Shown: piece by piece, positions 1-13,149 of the stretch
Numbering within the stretch: the first letter of the stretch is position 1
Layout of the letters: the number at the start of each line of letters is the position of its first letter
Assembly: GCF_006345805.1 (NCBI RefSeq)
Contig: NC_043006.1
Coordinates: 33,418,001-33,482,000 of the forward strand
Length of the DNA: 64,000 nt
Reading direction: 5' to 3'
Origin: Octopus sinensis
Taxonomy: Eukaryota
Notes under the pieces: model-generated
The model's input: the letters and a program-made list of their open reading frames with translations, nothing else
What the model was told of the DNA's origin: nothing
Database searches by the model: none
Position numbers and translations under genes: made by a program

Positions 1-479
1 CTCACCATATACAGCAAAAGAACATTTATATGGTTGTTCAAACAGCTAGAAATAGCAGCCAAATCTCACTCAAATTATAAGCCACTGTTTTAAACAAAAG
101 GACACATTGTATAATGTAGTCCTACATACATTCATCATTATTATTATTATTAAATGTCTGTTTTCCATGCCAGCATGGGTTGGACAGTAGCTGGCTGCAC
201 CAGACCCAAATTGTGTTTTGGCATGGTTTCTACAGCTGGATGTCCTTCGTAACATCATCGACTTTACCCGAGTATACTGAGTGCTTTTTATGTGGTACCA
301 GCACCAACAGGGTCACTGAGTAAGTTGTAACTCAAAAACTCCCTCAGGTGGGGGGAGGGAGTATTAGTGAGGAGCGTGGCTTTGTACCAACTGATGAGAG
401 ATCAGGGTGACAGGGGCAGGTGCCCTGCTGTAGAGCAGATATATGAATTGCTGTAGAGTAGAAGGTACGAAAACAACTG

Positions 480-720
480 GAGCACTCCGTCAGTTATGAC
501 AACGAGGGTTCCAGTTGATCCAATCAACGGAATAGCCAGCTCGTGAAATTAACACGCATGTGGCTGAGTACTACACAGACATGTGTACCCTTAACAGAGT
601 TTTCAGGGAGATTCAGTGTGACACAGAATGTGACAAGGCTGGCCCCTTTTGAAATACAGGTACAACTCATTTTTGCCAGTTGAGCGGACTGAAACAGCAG
701 ATAACACAAGAACAGGTGTA
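480..720 (-). mobile_element. SINE family D body fragment
   Basis: gagggttccagttgatcc..cagacatgtgtaccctt..gtgacaaggctggccc shared with the 10431, 16106 and 17245 copies. Confidence 0.8.
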
Positions 721-732
721 ACAACATCACAA

Positions 733-950
733 TTAACCCTTTAGTATTTAAACCAGCCAAAATATTATACCTGCTTTATATTCAAACTGGCCAGATCCTG
801 CCTCTCACACCTACCCTACACTGTTAGTGTAAAAATAAACAATCACATCACCAAAATCTCAAAGCTACATAATGCAGGGTTAATTCAAAACAATGTGAAT
901 TAATAAGCATTACATAAAACAGAGTAACAATTTGAATGCTAAAGGGTTAA
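733..950 (+). mobile_element. TTAA-flanked MITE (piggyBac-like ends), family 1
   Basis: Terminal inverted repeats ttaaccctttag / ctaaagggttaa. Homologous copies at 26158-26373 (+) and 49441-49661 (-). Confidence 0.75.
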
Positions 951-2175
951 TAAGCTTCCTTTACATCCTAAACAATCCAAGCTAAGTAGAACAAATACTC
1001 TGCACATAACTATGACAACCACATGATAAACTATCCATTAATCACCCTCTTAGCACCTACCTGTCATTACGACACTAACAAATTTCATAAATACCCGTAG
1101 AACCCCTTCTACTAAGTACAGAATTAAACTCCAACAACACCATCTCTCTTCTCAGCATCACTAATTACAACAAACCACCACAAGCAACTGTGAAAGGGTA
1201 AATAAGTGACTCGGTGACAGATCTACAGCTAGAAGTGAATCAAGCAAATTAAAACTGAAATGAAGAGATACTTATGGTTGTAAAGTAATAGCCACACAAG
1301 GGCTTAATGTCAACAACACAATGGGACTGTACTGACATGACACTTAAGAAGTGAGATCTCACATAAGTACCAAAACTTCCTTCAAATAGCACCCTACTGT
1401 CTTGTAGGCAGGACACACTGGATAATGTAATCCTAGAACAGCTTTCATCATACTTCCATCAAGGCCGTTCCCAAAGTGGGTGGTATTGCACCCCCTGGGT
1501 GCAGTGGAAGAAAAGTGGGGCAATAATGGGGGAGTGATTCATCTAAAAACAACAAAATGTTTTGCACCGTCCTAGTGGTGCTAAGAATCCGTCAGGGTGT
1601 CAAGGGGGCAGCAGCCCAAAAAAGTCTGGGAACCACTGTTCTAGAATCTAACAGTAACACAATGGCTGAATTGATAAAGTACAAAACAACATGATTCATG
1701 GGTCAGCTTTGGTACTGTTGCCAGTATTGCATTGTATTTATAACCAACACAATTCACATTGGCCCATGTATAGGAAGGAGATGCAGTGTGGATGAAAGCT
1801 TAACCCTCCCCACAAGCAGATCTAAACGAGAAGCGAGAGGAACCAAACTACACATGCAGTTTGGCTTTTGCACCGTCCTAGTGGTGACTAATAACAATTG
1901 TGTCTAACAGATCCACAACACCTAAAATCTGGAAAGGGATTAGTCAATGAGATTGATTTCAGTTACTTTAGTGATCCTTTGAATCTGAAAGGGTGAAAGG
2001 ATTAACCTCAGCAGGATTTAAATTCAGAATAGAGAAAACTGGAAAAAACACAAGGTATTTTGTCCAACAATTTTACAAAAGCTTGCTTTTGATGAGTCAA
2101 GCACAACACCACAAATTTGAGAGGAACAGTATGATCTATTTAATTGCCACCACCCACCCGTATTCAAATTGACGG

Positions 2176-2400
2176 GTGTGAACTAGTGATTAGGGTGTTG
2201 CACTCACGACCTCAAGCTCATGGTTTCGAATCCCAGACCGGGCAGTACATTGTGTTCTGAAGCAAAGCACCAGTTCGTTCAGAGGTAAATGAGAAACCCT
2301 GCAACAGGCTAGCATCCTATCCAGAGGCAATGCTGTGATCTTCACCACTTACACACCATGGAAACCCAGTAGTTGGCCGGATGAGACACAGGACTTGAGA
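2176..2400 (+). mobile_element. tRNA-derived SINE with a V-domain-like core
   Basis: A/B-box-like head (..ggtttcgaatccc) and ccctgcaacaggctagcatcctatccag, resembling from memory the V-SINE central domain. Confidence 0.5.
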
Positions 2401-2869
2401 CAGGAATGGCCAGAGGTTGTTGATGTTGATGAACATTTAAAATGTTCCTTATTTTACTGATCCCAAAATGATTTTTTTTTTCTCAGACAGGAACAAGGCT
2501 AGAAACCTCAGAAGATGGTTAGCCAATTCAACTAACTTCAGTTTTTGACTAGCACTCTACCGGCCCTCCAAATCAGTAGGATTTGAACTAAGAACGTAAT
2601 GAGTGCAACTAATACCATAAGACATTTTAACACAAAACAAAGCCATCGAGATTCAATGTAAAGGGACATAACTAAATATTGTCGAGCAACTTCCCTTATA
2701 TTTTATCAATTCTGCTATTCTCCACAATTCTATTAATCAGTGATATTAGAACCATCCCAGAAATATTAAAGGAGAACATTTAATTAAACTGACTCCAGTG
2801 TTTGACACCTATTTATTTTAACAGCCCTGAAAAGATAGAAGACAGTTTGCGATGTAAAGGGACATAACT

Positions 2870-3430
2870 AAATGGCGTCAAAGCATTTGTCAGGAGCTGC
2901 ACCAATTCTGTAATATAATGGTTTCAAATTGTGCCACAAGGGCAGCAATTTTGGGGGAGGGGTGTGTCGATTAGATCGACCCTCCGTGTGCAACTGGTAC
3001 TTATTTAATCGATCTCGGCAGAATTTGAACTCAGAACGTAGCGACGGGCGAAATACTGCTAAGCTTTTCGTCCAGCGCGCTAACGATTCTGCCAGCTCGC
3101 TGCCTTAATAATAATAATAATCCTTTCTCCTATTGGCACAAGGGCAGCAATTTTGAGAGGAGAAAGAAATCGATTACATCGACCCCAGTACATGACTGGT
3201 ACATTATTCTTTTCGACCCCAAAGGTTGAAAGAACATAAAAAAGAATGAACAAAGGAAATGCTGCAAAGCATCTTTCCAATGCTCTAACAATTCTGCCAG
3301 CTTTCTCTGTCTGAATATTAATGGTTTCAAATGTTGGCATAAAGCCTGAAATTGGGGGCCTGGGGGAGACAACTCAGTTACACCGGCCCTAGTGCTCTCA
3401 ACTGATACAGGTTTTATCGACCCTGAAAGA
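2870..3430 (-). mobile_element. Two tandem SINE family C copies (gagctggcagaatcgttagc head, Meta-domain-like core)
   Basis: Same family at about 34655-34870 (+), 36690-36840 (-), 41195-41391 (-), 41411-41615 (+), 55910-56020 (-) and 58748-58900 (+); shared core ctttcat.ctttcggggtcgataaa.taagtaccagtt. Confidence 0.85.
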
Positions 3431-6400
3431 ATAAAAAAGGATGTTTTTTTTTGAAAGACGGTGATTTGGCTGTTATTTCAAGGAGAACGAACATCCATCG
3501 TTGTTAGCTCGACCTCATAGTCGAGAGCTATGGCTGTAGTCTTTACATAAACCAATACCTGCCCCCAGAAACAATACAACATCCCCGTCAAAGAAGTTTC
3601 TAAATACTAAGATTTCTACGGGTAAGTGAAACGAGACTGAGTGACAATCCTAGTTTTATAAAGTACATAAGCAACAACAAGAGCGAAACGGAATCTAAAT
3701 AGTAGTGGCCGAAAAACGAAACCAGGACTTTATCGGATTCATTATCTATTTGCCAACATAATTTCTATGTTCCAGTCATAAATAACCACTCATATATAAA
3801 TATGTAAAATAAACCTTTCAGACAGTGTAATAGAGAACGAGTTTATGTGTATAAGAACAGAGAATGACTAGTGATGTCCATAAAGTATAATAATGGTTGT
3901 GACTAAGAATCGAAAGTCAACGGAAGTTAACTGCCTCAGGAACTTTCAGACAATATTTTTATGAAATAATTATTTATGCCTTGTTAAATAAATAAATAAA
4001 AACAATTACTGCATCAAATAAATTTTAGAAATCATTATTAAATGAGAAAGAAGTTGAGAAAATAGTTAAACTTGGTAATTGGGAGTGCTTTTATAATTTC
4101 TTTTGTTGTTAAATCTGACCTAAATTAAATTCTGAAACCAAAAACAAATAAAGCTCCATAAAACAATATCTACTAATTGTTGGAAGTTATCGAGCTGATA
4201 TTTTCCTATTTGTGTGTTTATATATATATATATATATATACGTTTTGTGAAAAGCTATAATCACTAGCGATAAGCCGAGTTCGACCGAATTAATACCATA
4301 AAAATACCATGTATCGAGAATCTTTTCCCCCGTTTGAACACTCAAACATTGTGTGTGTATATATATATATACACACAAATTTTGAAAACAAAATCCAGAA
4401 TGTAAAATCTAAATGTTTTAGTTTTAATGTATATTATTTTTTTAGTGTAGTGTGATGAAATGAATTCTCGATGTATTTTGTGTTGTTTAAGAATCTTAAC
4501 TTTCCAAAAAAAAAATTCCCTCTGAAAAACAGTTGAAAAAAACAAACAAACAAAGGAGTGAAAAAAACCTCTAAAGATTAACTGTCTTATATACCATCTT
4601 TATCCATCTCAGAATTTGATAATTCTTCGTTTGTCTGAGGAATTCATTAACTGTATATATGATCAGAGGAAAAGTTACAGAATAAGTTATTTAATAATTT
4701 AAAATAATGGAGAAAGAAAGAGGGAAAATACGATGGGAAAAATTGCCAGTGAAGTTTCCGTTTTGTTTTGTAAATGGATTTCTAGGTCGACATAATATAT
4801 AAATATATAACAACCATAGAAGGAACAGTTAAATAAAGGTTTATTTTGCGGCGATGATGACTAAAGCTCGATAAACAAAACGAAATAAAACAAATGTCAT
4901 ATACAGTATTTATTATTCCGAATCCAGAACAAATTCTAAAAGAGGTTTTCAGAAATGAGACAAGAGAAAAGATGTCTGAAGTGGAAGAAGAGAAAGAACT
5001 GAAGCGGGAATAGAAGTCTTTTAATGATGAAGTTTTGTGGTTCTTTAGCTTGGCCTTGACTGGCAACGTTTTGTTGAATTATTTTGATTTTATTGGGGAA
5101 ATAACGAAGAGGTATTGTTTATTTATCAATAAACAGGCAGAAAAGTAAATATGTGCTAGACATGCAGGTAGAACGAAAATCGATGACCGGTGTTTTGAGA
5201 TTAATGAAAATAGGACGAAGAAGCCTTCTACATGAACGTTCGATCTGTTAGAAATAACAACCAAATACCACCCTGAATTACACGCTCCTGTTTAAAATAA
5301 GGAGCACGTTGGATAACGTAGGCCTAGATATAAAATCACAAGATGGTCATGGCTGGAACGGTTCTGATCATAGCTTTGTTCGATCAAAGCTGACCTACGA
5401 TTAAACATTATAATACTCGGTCGTTCGAGCGGTTCGAAATAGCAACCAAACCACCCGTCAATACCCACTTACCGTCATAAATATACATCGAACAATGACG
5501 GTGCCGACATACACAAAGACGGAACGTCACGGTTGGAACGTCTATTAATAAATACCATACATATGCTAACTCGTTGAGGGCAAGATCTGTGAGATTATTA
5601 AACATTATCACACCCACAGCATGGTCACCAAGAAGAACATTACCGAAATATAACAGATACTAAATACTGGTCATTAATTATTATTAAATTTCCTAATAAA
5701 AAGGGGACAAGGGGTGTTTAGAGAAAACCGAACATTATTACAACTGTGACAAATAAATATGATATTAATACGATATTAAATAAGGTCTAGATACGAGACA
5801 AATGGAAAATGTGAAACGTGAAGTTTAACAGAGGAATATGGCAGCGAATGGGATCCGTATTTCTTGGCAGAATAATTAAACAGAGTATATATATAAATAT
5901 GTTAGAGAAATTTTATATAGATGGCTATAGTGTATAATAAATAATTAGGCCCTCCGGTTTAAATTATTGTTGCATGGCATTATTCATCTTTGTCAAGAAT
6001 CCAAGCATTGTAGAAAACATTGAAGATGATTCTGTAATTGTAATTCAAACAGATGACCAGCCTGGTCAAAAATTGTGTCACGAAGATAGTCTGGGAAATT
6101 ATAAATTGGAGATAACGGTCTCCGTGGAATATTCGGCCACTTAGACTAAATAATTCAATACATATTCAGACAATGTAACAACTGATATACCTATCGCCAT
6201 ACATATACACATATATACATACATAAGTAGATATATACATGAATATATGGACATAAATAATACACATATACGTACATATGTGTGTGTGTATGTAAACGAT
6301 AACCTAAATTGAATTTAGTGAAATTTATAAAGTTAAATTTAGTTCTAACTTATACACACACTTTCATAAAAATTTTGTTCCATTTATACACACCCACATT

Positions 6401-6603
6401 CAGGTATGAATAGAAATTAATATTTAAAAGGAATTTTACGATAAAACGGTATTAGCAGGGGGAAAAAGGCGAACTAATAATGATTATCAATTAAAAATTA
6501 ACGAAAATTTTATATAAACTAGCTGAATATATATATATATATATATATATTCACGTTCGTTGGTTAATTTTACAATTCCCTCAATTAAAATACCAGATAA
6601 CGA

Positions 6604-6634
<31 letters not shown>

Positions 6635-8426
6635 TACACGTTATATATACACACACACACGTGTATTACAACTGTCTTTAATCAGGGGGGAATTATATAT
6701 TGAGCTAATTAACCAAAAATTAAAATCCAAATTAAGAGGGAACGGAAAGTTACTATTGAATATTCAATATATGCCGAATAACTTCCTTAAAATATAACCA
6801 AAAATAAAATTATTCCTTTAATAAATGATTTAATATCAATAATAAAAAATAATAATAATTAATAAACAGGGAACCGGTTGAGATTGTTGGACGTAATCAT
6901 TTAATTTCATGCTAAAAGCATCCAATCTTTCCACCCTTTGTAAAATTATGACCTTGAATGTAAAACTATTAATGGTCAGAATAATCGTAGCATAAAAATC
7001 CATCCACCATTGCATCACCATTATTATTATTATTATTATTATTATCACCATCCCTCGCCACACCTCGTTGCACGATTGTAATTCAAATCTTATATAATAA
7101 TAGTGACGATCTTCACCACTCATACACACACACATCCACCCATTATTTCATCCTTCAAGAGATTCCTCCTGCCACAATGAAAATGTGTTTGCTCTTCTAT
7201 AGGAAGTGTAAGAGAGGAGGGAGACAGGGACGTACGTACATTATATATATATATACGTATTTATATATACATATATATACACACACAGTGTGTGTTTGTA
7301 ATGTGAGTGTTTAATAATGTCGGGGGATTATTACGGATTGCTGGGAGAGAGAAACAGTAAGAGAGAAGACAAAACAAAAGACGTAGATAGATAGGTAGAT
7401 AAATACATAGAGGGGGGGAAATAAATGAAGGTGAGAGAAACAGAGTTTGAGGGGGGGGAGGAAAGATTTTTAAAAAATAGAGTGATAAGATTATATGAAA
7501 ATGGGAAGGGGATAGAGAGAAAAGGAGAAAGATATAGAGTTATAGAAGGAGGGGGGAGAGATAGATAAAATACGAAAGCACAGAGATAGTATATGAAAGT
7601 ATGAGACAAATTATGAAATAGAATAGAATTTTATATAATTAAAAAAAAAGACAAACATATATATTAAATATATATGTGTAATTTTATATACTATACTGTG
7701 AAAATAAATAGATAAATTTAAATTAAAAAATACATAAATAAAATTATTTGAAAAATCATTAAAAAATAGATATGATGAGTGTGCGAGTGTGATTTTTTTT
7801 AACAACCTTCAATTCCTTCTTCCTTTTCGGCTCCGCTCGTTGTCCAGATACCATCGCAGAAAAAAGGGACTTTTTCCTCGTCGTATATAAAAGATGTCGC
7901 GTAGCCTTGCCTTGATTTTTCCCCACGTCTTAAATAACTTATATCTGTCTATGTGTGTCTATAATATGTCAGACTGTCTCTCTCTCTCTCTCTCTCCTTC
8001 TCTCTCGCCCTCTCTCTCTCTCCTTCTCTCTCGCCCTCTCTCTCTCTTTCTCTCTCTGATTGACCGTATCTTTCTCCCCCTCTCTCTATATCTATCTACA
8101 TATCTGTGTCGCCCTCTCTCCCTGTCAGTAAGGGGTCTCTCTCTCTTTATAAATATATATATCTTTCGCTCTCTCTATGCGAGACAGTCCTTCACTTTCC
8201 TTCTCTCTCTGCGAGGCCTTTCTCTTTCCCTCTCTCTCCGTTTATGCAGGTTTCTGTCTCTCCGTCTCTCTCTCCCCCTCTCTCTGTCTGCTTGTTCTTC
8301 AACTTCGTCTGTGGTTCTTCCTTCCTTCCTTCTTCTTCCTTCTTCTTCTGGTTTGGCACAAACCGAGTTCCAAACGCACCACCCACTTGCAAACCCTGAT
8401 TACATATGTAATATATTATTACTTAC

Positions 8427-8582
8427 TGGATATCCTGATGGCGAAAATGACCGCATTGGTGGCGGGCCCTGAGGGGCATAGCGCTGCTGCTGCTGTTGTT
8501 GTTGCTGCTGTAGCGGCGGTGGAAGCGGCGGCGGCGGTGGCGGTGGCGGCTGTTGTTGCATAGTCATCTGATGATGTTGCAT
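8427..8582 (-). CDS. First coding exon of a polyQ/polyP N-terminal protein, tentatively SWI/SNF subunit SMARCD/BAF60 (Bap60-like)
   Basis: ATG at 8582 gives 52 codons, MQHHQMTMQQQPPPPPPPPLPPPLQQQQQQQQQRYAPQGPPPMRSFSPSGYP, ending at a perfect phase-0 donor CCA|gtaagt. RYAPQGPPPMRSF..GYP resembles, from memory, invertebrate BAF60 N-termini and the ...YP| end of SMARCD1 exon 1. Downstream exons were not found. That this is an exon is well supported; the identity is tentative. Confidence 0.6.
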
Positions 8583-9520
8583 CCTCGCTCTCTCTTTGCT
8601 TTCTTTTTTCTTTTTTCTGTTAATTTTGAACCACTTCTCTGCTCTTCTCTCTCCTTTCTTTCTTTCTCTCTCTCTCTCGCTTTGTTTGTTGTGTCTGTCC
8701 CTTTACTCCCGCCGCTTACCACTTCTCTACTGCTGCTGTCACTACTGCTGTTGCTACTACTACCGCTGTTGTACTGCTGCTACTACTGCTGTTGTTGATG
8801 CTGCTGCTGCTGTTCCTGCTCCCGGCGCAATTCAATCTCGCGAGATTTTCGCCCCGGTTTCCGGGCGAGAGCTGCATAATAATTACAGATGGAGAAGGAG
8901 ACAGGAGCAGCATTAGCCTCGTTCCCACCAACAGAAGAAAAAGAAAAAAAGTGGGGGCGGAGTAAAGACAATTAAGCTCCACCCATTTCTTTCTTTTCTT
9001 TTCTTCATTATTCTCTTTCTCTTCCTTTTTAGATTCCTTCACTCAATTTCTTACTTTCTTTCTTTTTCCCTCTCTCACATTCCTTTACTCGCTCTATCTT
9101 TTAGCTTATTTCACTTTCCCTCGTGGCTTGGAGTTTCTTCCTTATGTCTGGCTGCAAAATTTCTGAGATGCCATGCTGCTGGTTCCATTGCATTCGTCCA
9201 TTTCTTCTTTCACTTCTTTTGATTTCAGAGTTTACTATTTTATTTTACTATCTTAAACGATTTCCTCATATTTTTAACGATAGCCAGTTTGGAGTTTACA
9301 AAATTGGAGACTATTTCTGCAAACGAATTTTGGTTTTGATTCTTTTTTTATTGACGCATATAATATATACAGTAATGCAAATTACTCGAGAAAAGTCCGA
9401 TTTTAATGTAAAAATTCGGAGTATACTATAAATTATCTGAAAATTCACCCGAAGTGTTACATTCTATGCAAGAGAGGCGTAAGGAGTTGCATAGCGGCAA
9501 CTCTCGTTCGCTAAGTTGGA
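8583..9520 (-). promoter_or_regulatory. 5' UTR and promoter region of the 8582 gene, with a CpG-rich patch and TCTCGCGAGA motif
   Basis: Local CpG/GC patch at 8820-8870, 14-bp palindrome aatctcgcgagatt at 8834-8847, and (GCA)n/(GTA)n triplet runs at about 8720-8820 upstream of the ATG. Confidence 0.6.
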
Positions 9521-10430
9521 CAGCATATGCAAAGGATAAGCAGAATTTGGTGTAGAATCGTAATTCTTGCTCTGATAAAGAGACAGTAGACCATGAGACT
9601 GCATGAAGTAAAATTCTTTCGAATATAAAGAATTGTTAAATATATTTCTATTGATCACCTGGAAAATTATAGCATTAGGATGTCTACTTGAAGAATATTT
9701 ACTCCTGGCCTGTTCCACCTGAAGAACCGTTACCCACCTCACAGTTTTACTCCATTTGTAGAATCGTCACACCACCACCACCAACAGCTTATTGTCACTA
9801 TAGCCTACTTCATCTGAAGAATTGCCGACCTAATTTGTTCCAATGGAAAATTGTCACCCCAGTCCGCAAGGAATATATATAATTCAGTAACATAAATGTA
9901 TTCATTTATGTTATGCATCTTAGTTGTAAAATCTGAAGCAAAATAAACAGCAATAATATTTACACTGTGTTCCATAATTAACCGAAACGACAATTTTACG
10001 TAGATAATGTTGAAGCAACATTATTTGATATGTGAGTTATAATAGTGACAATATTGTTGTTATTGTTATTTAACACCAACTCAACCTTGATCAAAGGTAT
10101 TTTACCTGTAACCATCTCATCTGGTTATCAAGAACTATAATCCAATGTTACGGATGGATTTTAAAGGGTATGATGTGTTAATTGAGGGAAATTTGTCTCC
10201 TATTTCTAGTAAGGCCAGTGACTGCATAAAAGTTCCCTTGATTTGTGGTAGCGGTGATGGTGGTTGTATTAATGGTAACTGTGATTCAAACCCTTTGTTT
10301 ATTTTATTTTTATTGATCGAGATCAGTGGTTCTCAACTAGGGTCTATAGGACCCTTTAGGGGTCCACATAGGATTTTGTTAAAATTTATCTGCAATAAAT
10401 TACTTATACTTCTGCAATACACAAAATATT

Positions 10431-10762
10431 GTGGAGGCGCAATGGCCCAGTGGTTAGGGCAGCGGACTCGCGGTTTCGATTCCTAGACCGGGCGTTGTGA
10501 GTATTTATTGAGCGAAAACACATGAAGCTCCGGCAGAGGGTGGTGGCGAACCCTGCTGTACTCTTTCACCACAATTTTCTCTCACTCTTCTTGTTTCTGT
10601 TGTACCTGTATTTCAAATGGCCAGCCCTGTCACCCGAAAACTACGTTAAGAGCACACATGTCTATGGAGTGCTCAGCCACTTGCATGTTAATTTCACGAA
10701 CAGGCTGTTCCATTGATCGGATCAACTGGAACCCTCGTCGTCGTAACCGACAGAGTGCCACG
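10431..10762 (+). mobile_element. tRNA-derived SINE (family D) with perfect 12-bp target-site duplication
   Basis: Head ggcgcaatggcccagtggttagggcagcggactcgcggtttcgattcc. TSD acacaaaatatt at 10419-10430 and 10763-10774. Inserted into a hAT-like MITE starting at 10324. Confidence 0.9.
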
Positions 10763-10779
10763 ACACAAAATATTTTAAC

Positions 10780-11830
10780 TGCTTTTCGTTGGAAACGTGA
10801 TGGTACCATCTGATGTTCTTGATGGTCTCCAGAGCTCTGCCATCGAAAACGTCGATCCTCTTTGCCAAGGTCTTCGTTAGGGGGTCCCGTTTCTGCTCCG
10901 CAGAGAAGAACGGAGAGGACCGATGCATTATAGATACGGAGCTTCGTCTTCCGAGAGAGAGCAATGGTGTCAAAGGGGCTTCCATAAAGAGTGTATGCCT
11001 TCGGCAGCCAGGCTACATCTGCGGTAGATCTCTAGGGTTAGGTCTCCATTATTGGTGATTGTGGAGCTCAGGTAGATGTCCGGGCCAATATGGAGAAGGG
11101 GAGGGTCCGACATGCATCAGTTTGGTCTTCACCCAACACGTCAGAAGGTCGAGCTTTGCTGATTCTTCTCTGTAAATGATCAGTGTGTCCCTGAGCTGGT
11201 CGATCAGGTTGCTGAATAGAGTGGTGTCGTCCGCATGCTCCCGGTCTGTAAGGTGCTAGTTCTCGAAGGTAACGCCAGAAACTCGCTCACAAACCTAATC
11301 GATAACGCAGTTGAAAAGGTCGGAAGGAGCCAAACCTCCGAAATCTTTCAATAATGAGACGAAAGGCAAAAATATTGTCAGCAGTAGATCGATTTAGCAT
11401 GAATCCGGTTTATTGCAGGCGGAGTCTGCTTCTAATGGCGGGAAGAGCACAGCTGAGAAGCTGGTTGAGGTTGTGTCTGCATTGATGGTTAGGCTGTGAC
11501 CGATTGTGAGAGGTGGATGATCAAGAAGGCAGAAGTGCTCCTCCCAGCATTCGAGACGGGATGTTTCCTTGGTAATGATGTTACTATTGGTATCCTTCAC
11601 CAGGGTTGCCTTGAACTGGGGGCCGGCACGAGTTCTGTGGAGCATTTTAAACACTTGACTAATATTGTTCTTTGCCGCTGCCTCCAGGTGCTCAGCTTCT
11701 TCCGCTCAGGATTTTTTCCGGTCGTCTGTGATGGCCTTGTGCGTATCCGGTTGAGTCGGCGGTAGTTGTGCATGTCATCGCGCAGGCGAGCCTCGCAGTG
11801 GCAGTTGATTATTTCCGGCGCGAGCAGTAA
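10780..11830 (-). mobile_element. Degenerate RTE-clade LINE ORF2 fragment
   Basis: Minus-strand translations ARLRDDMHNYRRLNRIRT, LEAAAKNNISQVFKML..LVKDTNSNIITKETSRLECWEEHF and KRIDVFDGRALETIKNIRWYHHVSNE match RTE ORF2 hallmarks; frameshifts and stops present. Confidence 0.8.
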
Positions 11831-11879
11831 AATCCAGCATGGGACTGGATAGAATTGGAGAACATCTGACAAATGTGTG

Positions 11880-13140
11880 AAGTGTGGACTTGACTGCAAA
11901 CAGGGAAGCGAAAGTTTAGGCTTTGTCTGCGAGAGAACCTTTCACAAAACCATTGTTCTTGTAGTGTGGAGGAAAGAATTCCTTATGGCAAGATACCAAA
12001 AGGATCGTCTGCAATTTGGAAGCAGGATAGCTTGATGGCGGTACGCAGCACCAAGTCATCTTTTGCAAGTCTTGTAGTGATTACGTTGCTGGGTAAACAG
12101 CACCCAATTTGGCAGGTTGGTTGAGTTTTACCAGGCGTTTAAGACCTTGCTTTTTGCCTGAACAGAACTATTATTGGACCATTGGTCGGGAGGGGTGCGT
12201 AAGACACTGAATTCTTGTTGTCTGCAGGATGCAGAAGAACACACCTAGAAAGAATGTTTCAGTCACGACCTAGCTGGCTGTGATGGGTTACAGGTGAAAC
12301 ACATAGTCGGCCAGGAGTAGCTGGTATAAACTGACCAGCAGACTTGAAGAATAGGGCGTGGGGTGTATGTGTTGCGTGGTATGGAAATGTGTTGAGTAGT
12401 TTGCGATAGGTACAGTAATCGGATGACCCAGTGGACGCAGAAGTAGATTCAGATTGGAATAGATTAGGTTTGGAGATGAGGAAGAGATGAAAGACGTTTG
12501 AAATATCTGAGTGTCGATCTCAGACACGTTGATGGAAAGAAATGAAGATTACAAAAGACTATACCCATCGCGTCAGTGTGCGATGTGAATTTTACATTGA
12601 TCAAAAACGATGACTTAGGAGAGGAGCGAAGTAAGATATTTGACCTCAGTACAGGAGAGGATATGTTCGAAGAGATGCTGGTGATTTCAGAAGTTCGGAG
12701 AGCAAGAGGGTTCACCGATTATTTTATGGAAATGAGTGAGAGAGACTTTGTTCCAGAAAAGCTGGAAGTGGTTCTTGCTGATAACGTGATGAAACAGGTG
12801 AATATCAGAGAGACTGGAGTGTACGTAAGTGGAGACACTACCTTTCAGGATGAAGTTGGAATAGGTTGTAACCTGAACGTCCGCGATGGGTTGAAGAAAG
12901 TGATTTGGTGCCAGCACCAATCAATAACGTTTCTTCACATGATTTCGTTTTACGCTCTACTGGCTAGGATGTGGTCGCTCATGCAAGTTACCCGCCTTTT
13001 TCCCGATAATGTTCAGGAATATCACCTGATATTTGGATTCGAAGGAGAGAAACTTCAGTCTGCTGAATCTTTGTCAGTTGACTTCTCTAACTTAAGCCGG
13101 ATGTTTTCGTATTCCACAAATCACATATTTGCTGCACCGT
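11880..13140 (-). mobile_element. Degenerate CR1/Jockey-like LINE, APE endonuclease and linker region
   Basis: Minus-strand remnants YSNFILKGSVSTYVHS..QLFWNKV..SCSPNF..HQHLFEHIL, PLGSSD(Y) and SLADKA*TFASLFA resemble LINE endonuclease motifs and the 'KAELFA..F' linker. Confidence 0.65.
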
Positions 13141-13149
13141 TGTCCCCCC

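Noticed and set aside
7880-7900. TATA-like gtatataaaag on the + strand in intron 1
   Set aside because: A single short motif in AT-rich DNA with no supporting downstream exon.
8716-8913. Possible 65-aa upstream ORF on the minus strand (MLLLSPSP...VEKW*)
   Set aside because: Mostly triplet repeat, and the TSS is unknown and may lie downstream of its ATG; not supportable.
7894-8916. Several plus-strand ORFs (192, 128, 106 aa and others)
   Set aside because: Low-complexity translations of (CT)n and triplet repeats, antisense to the real exon and its leader.
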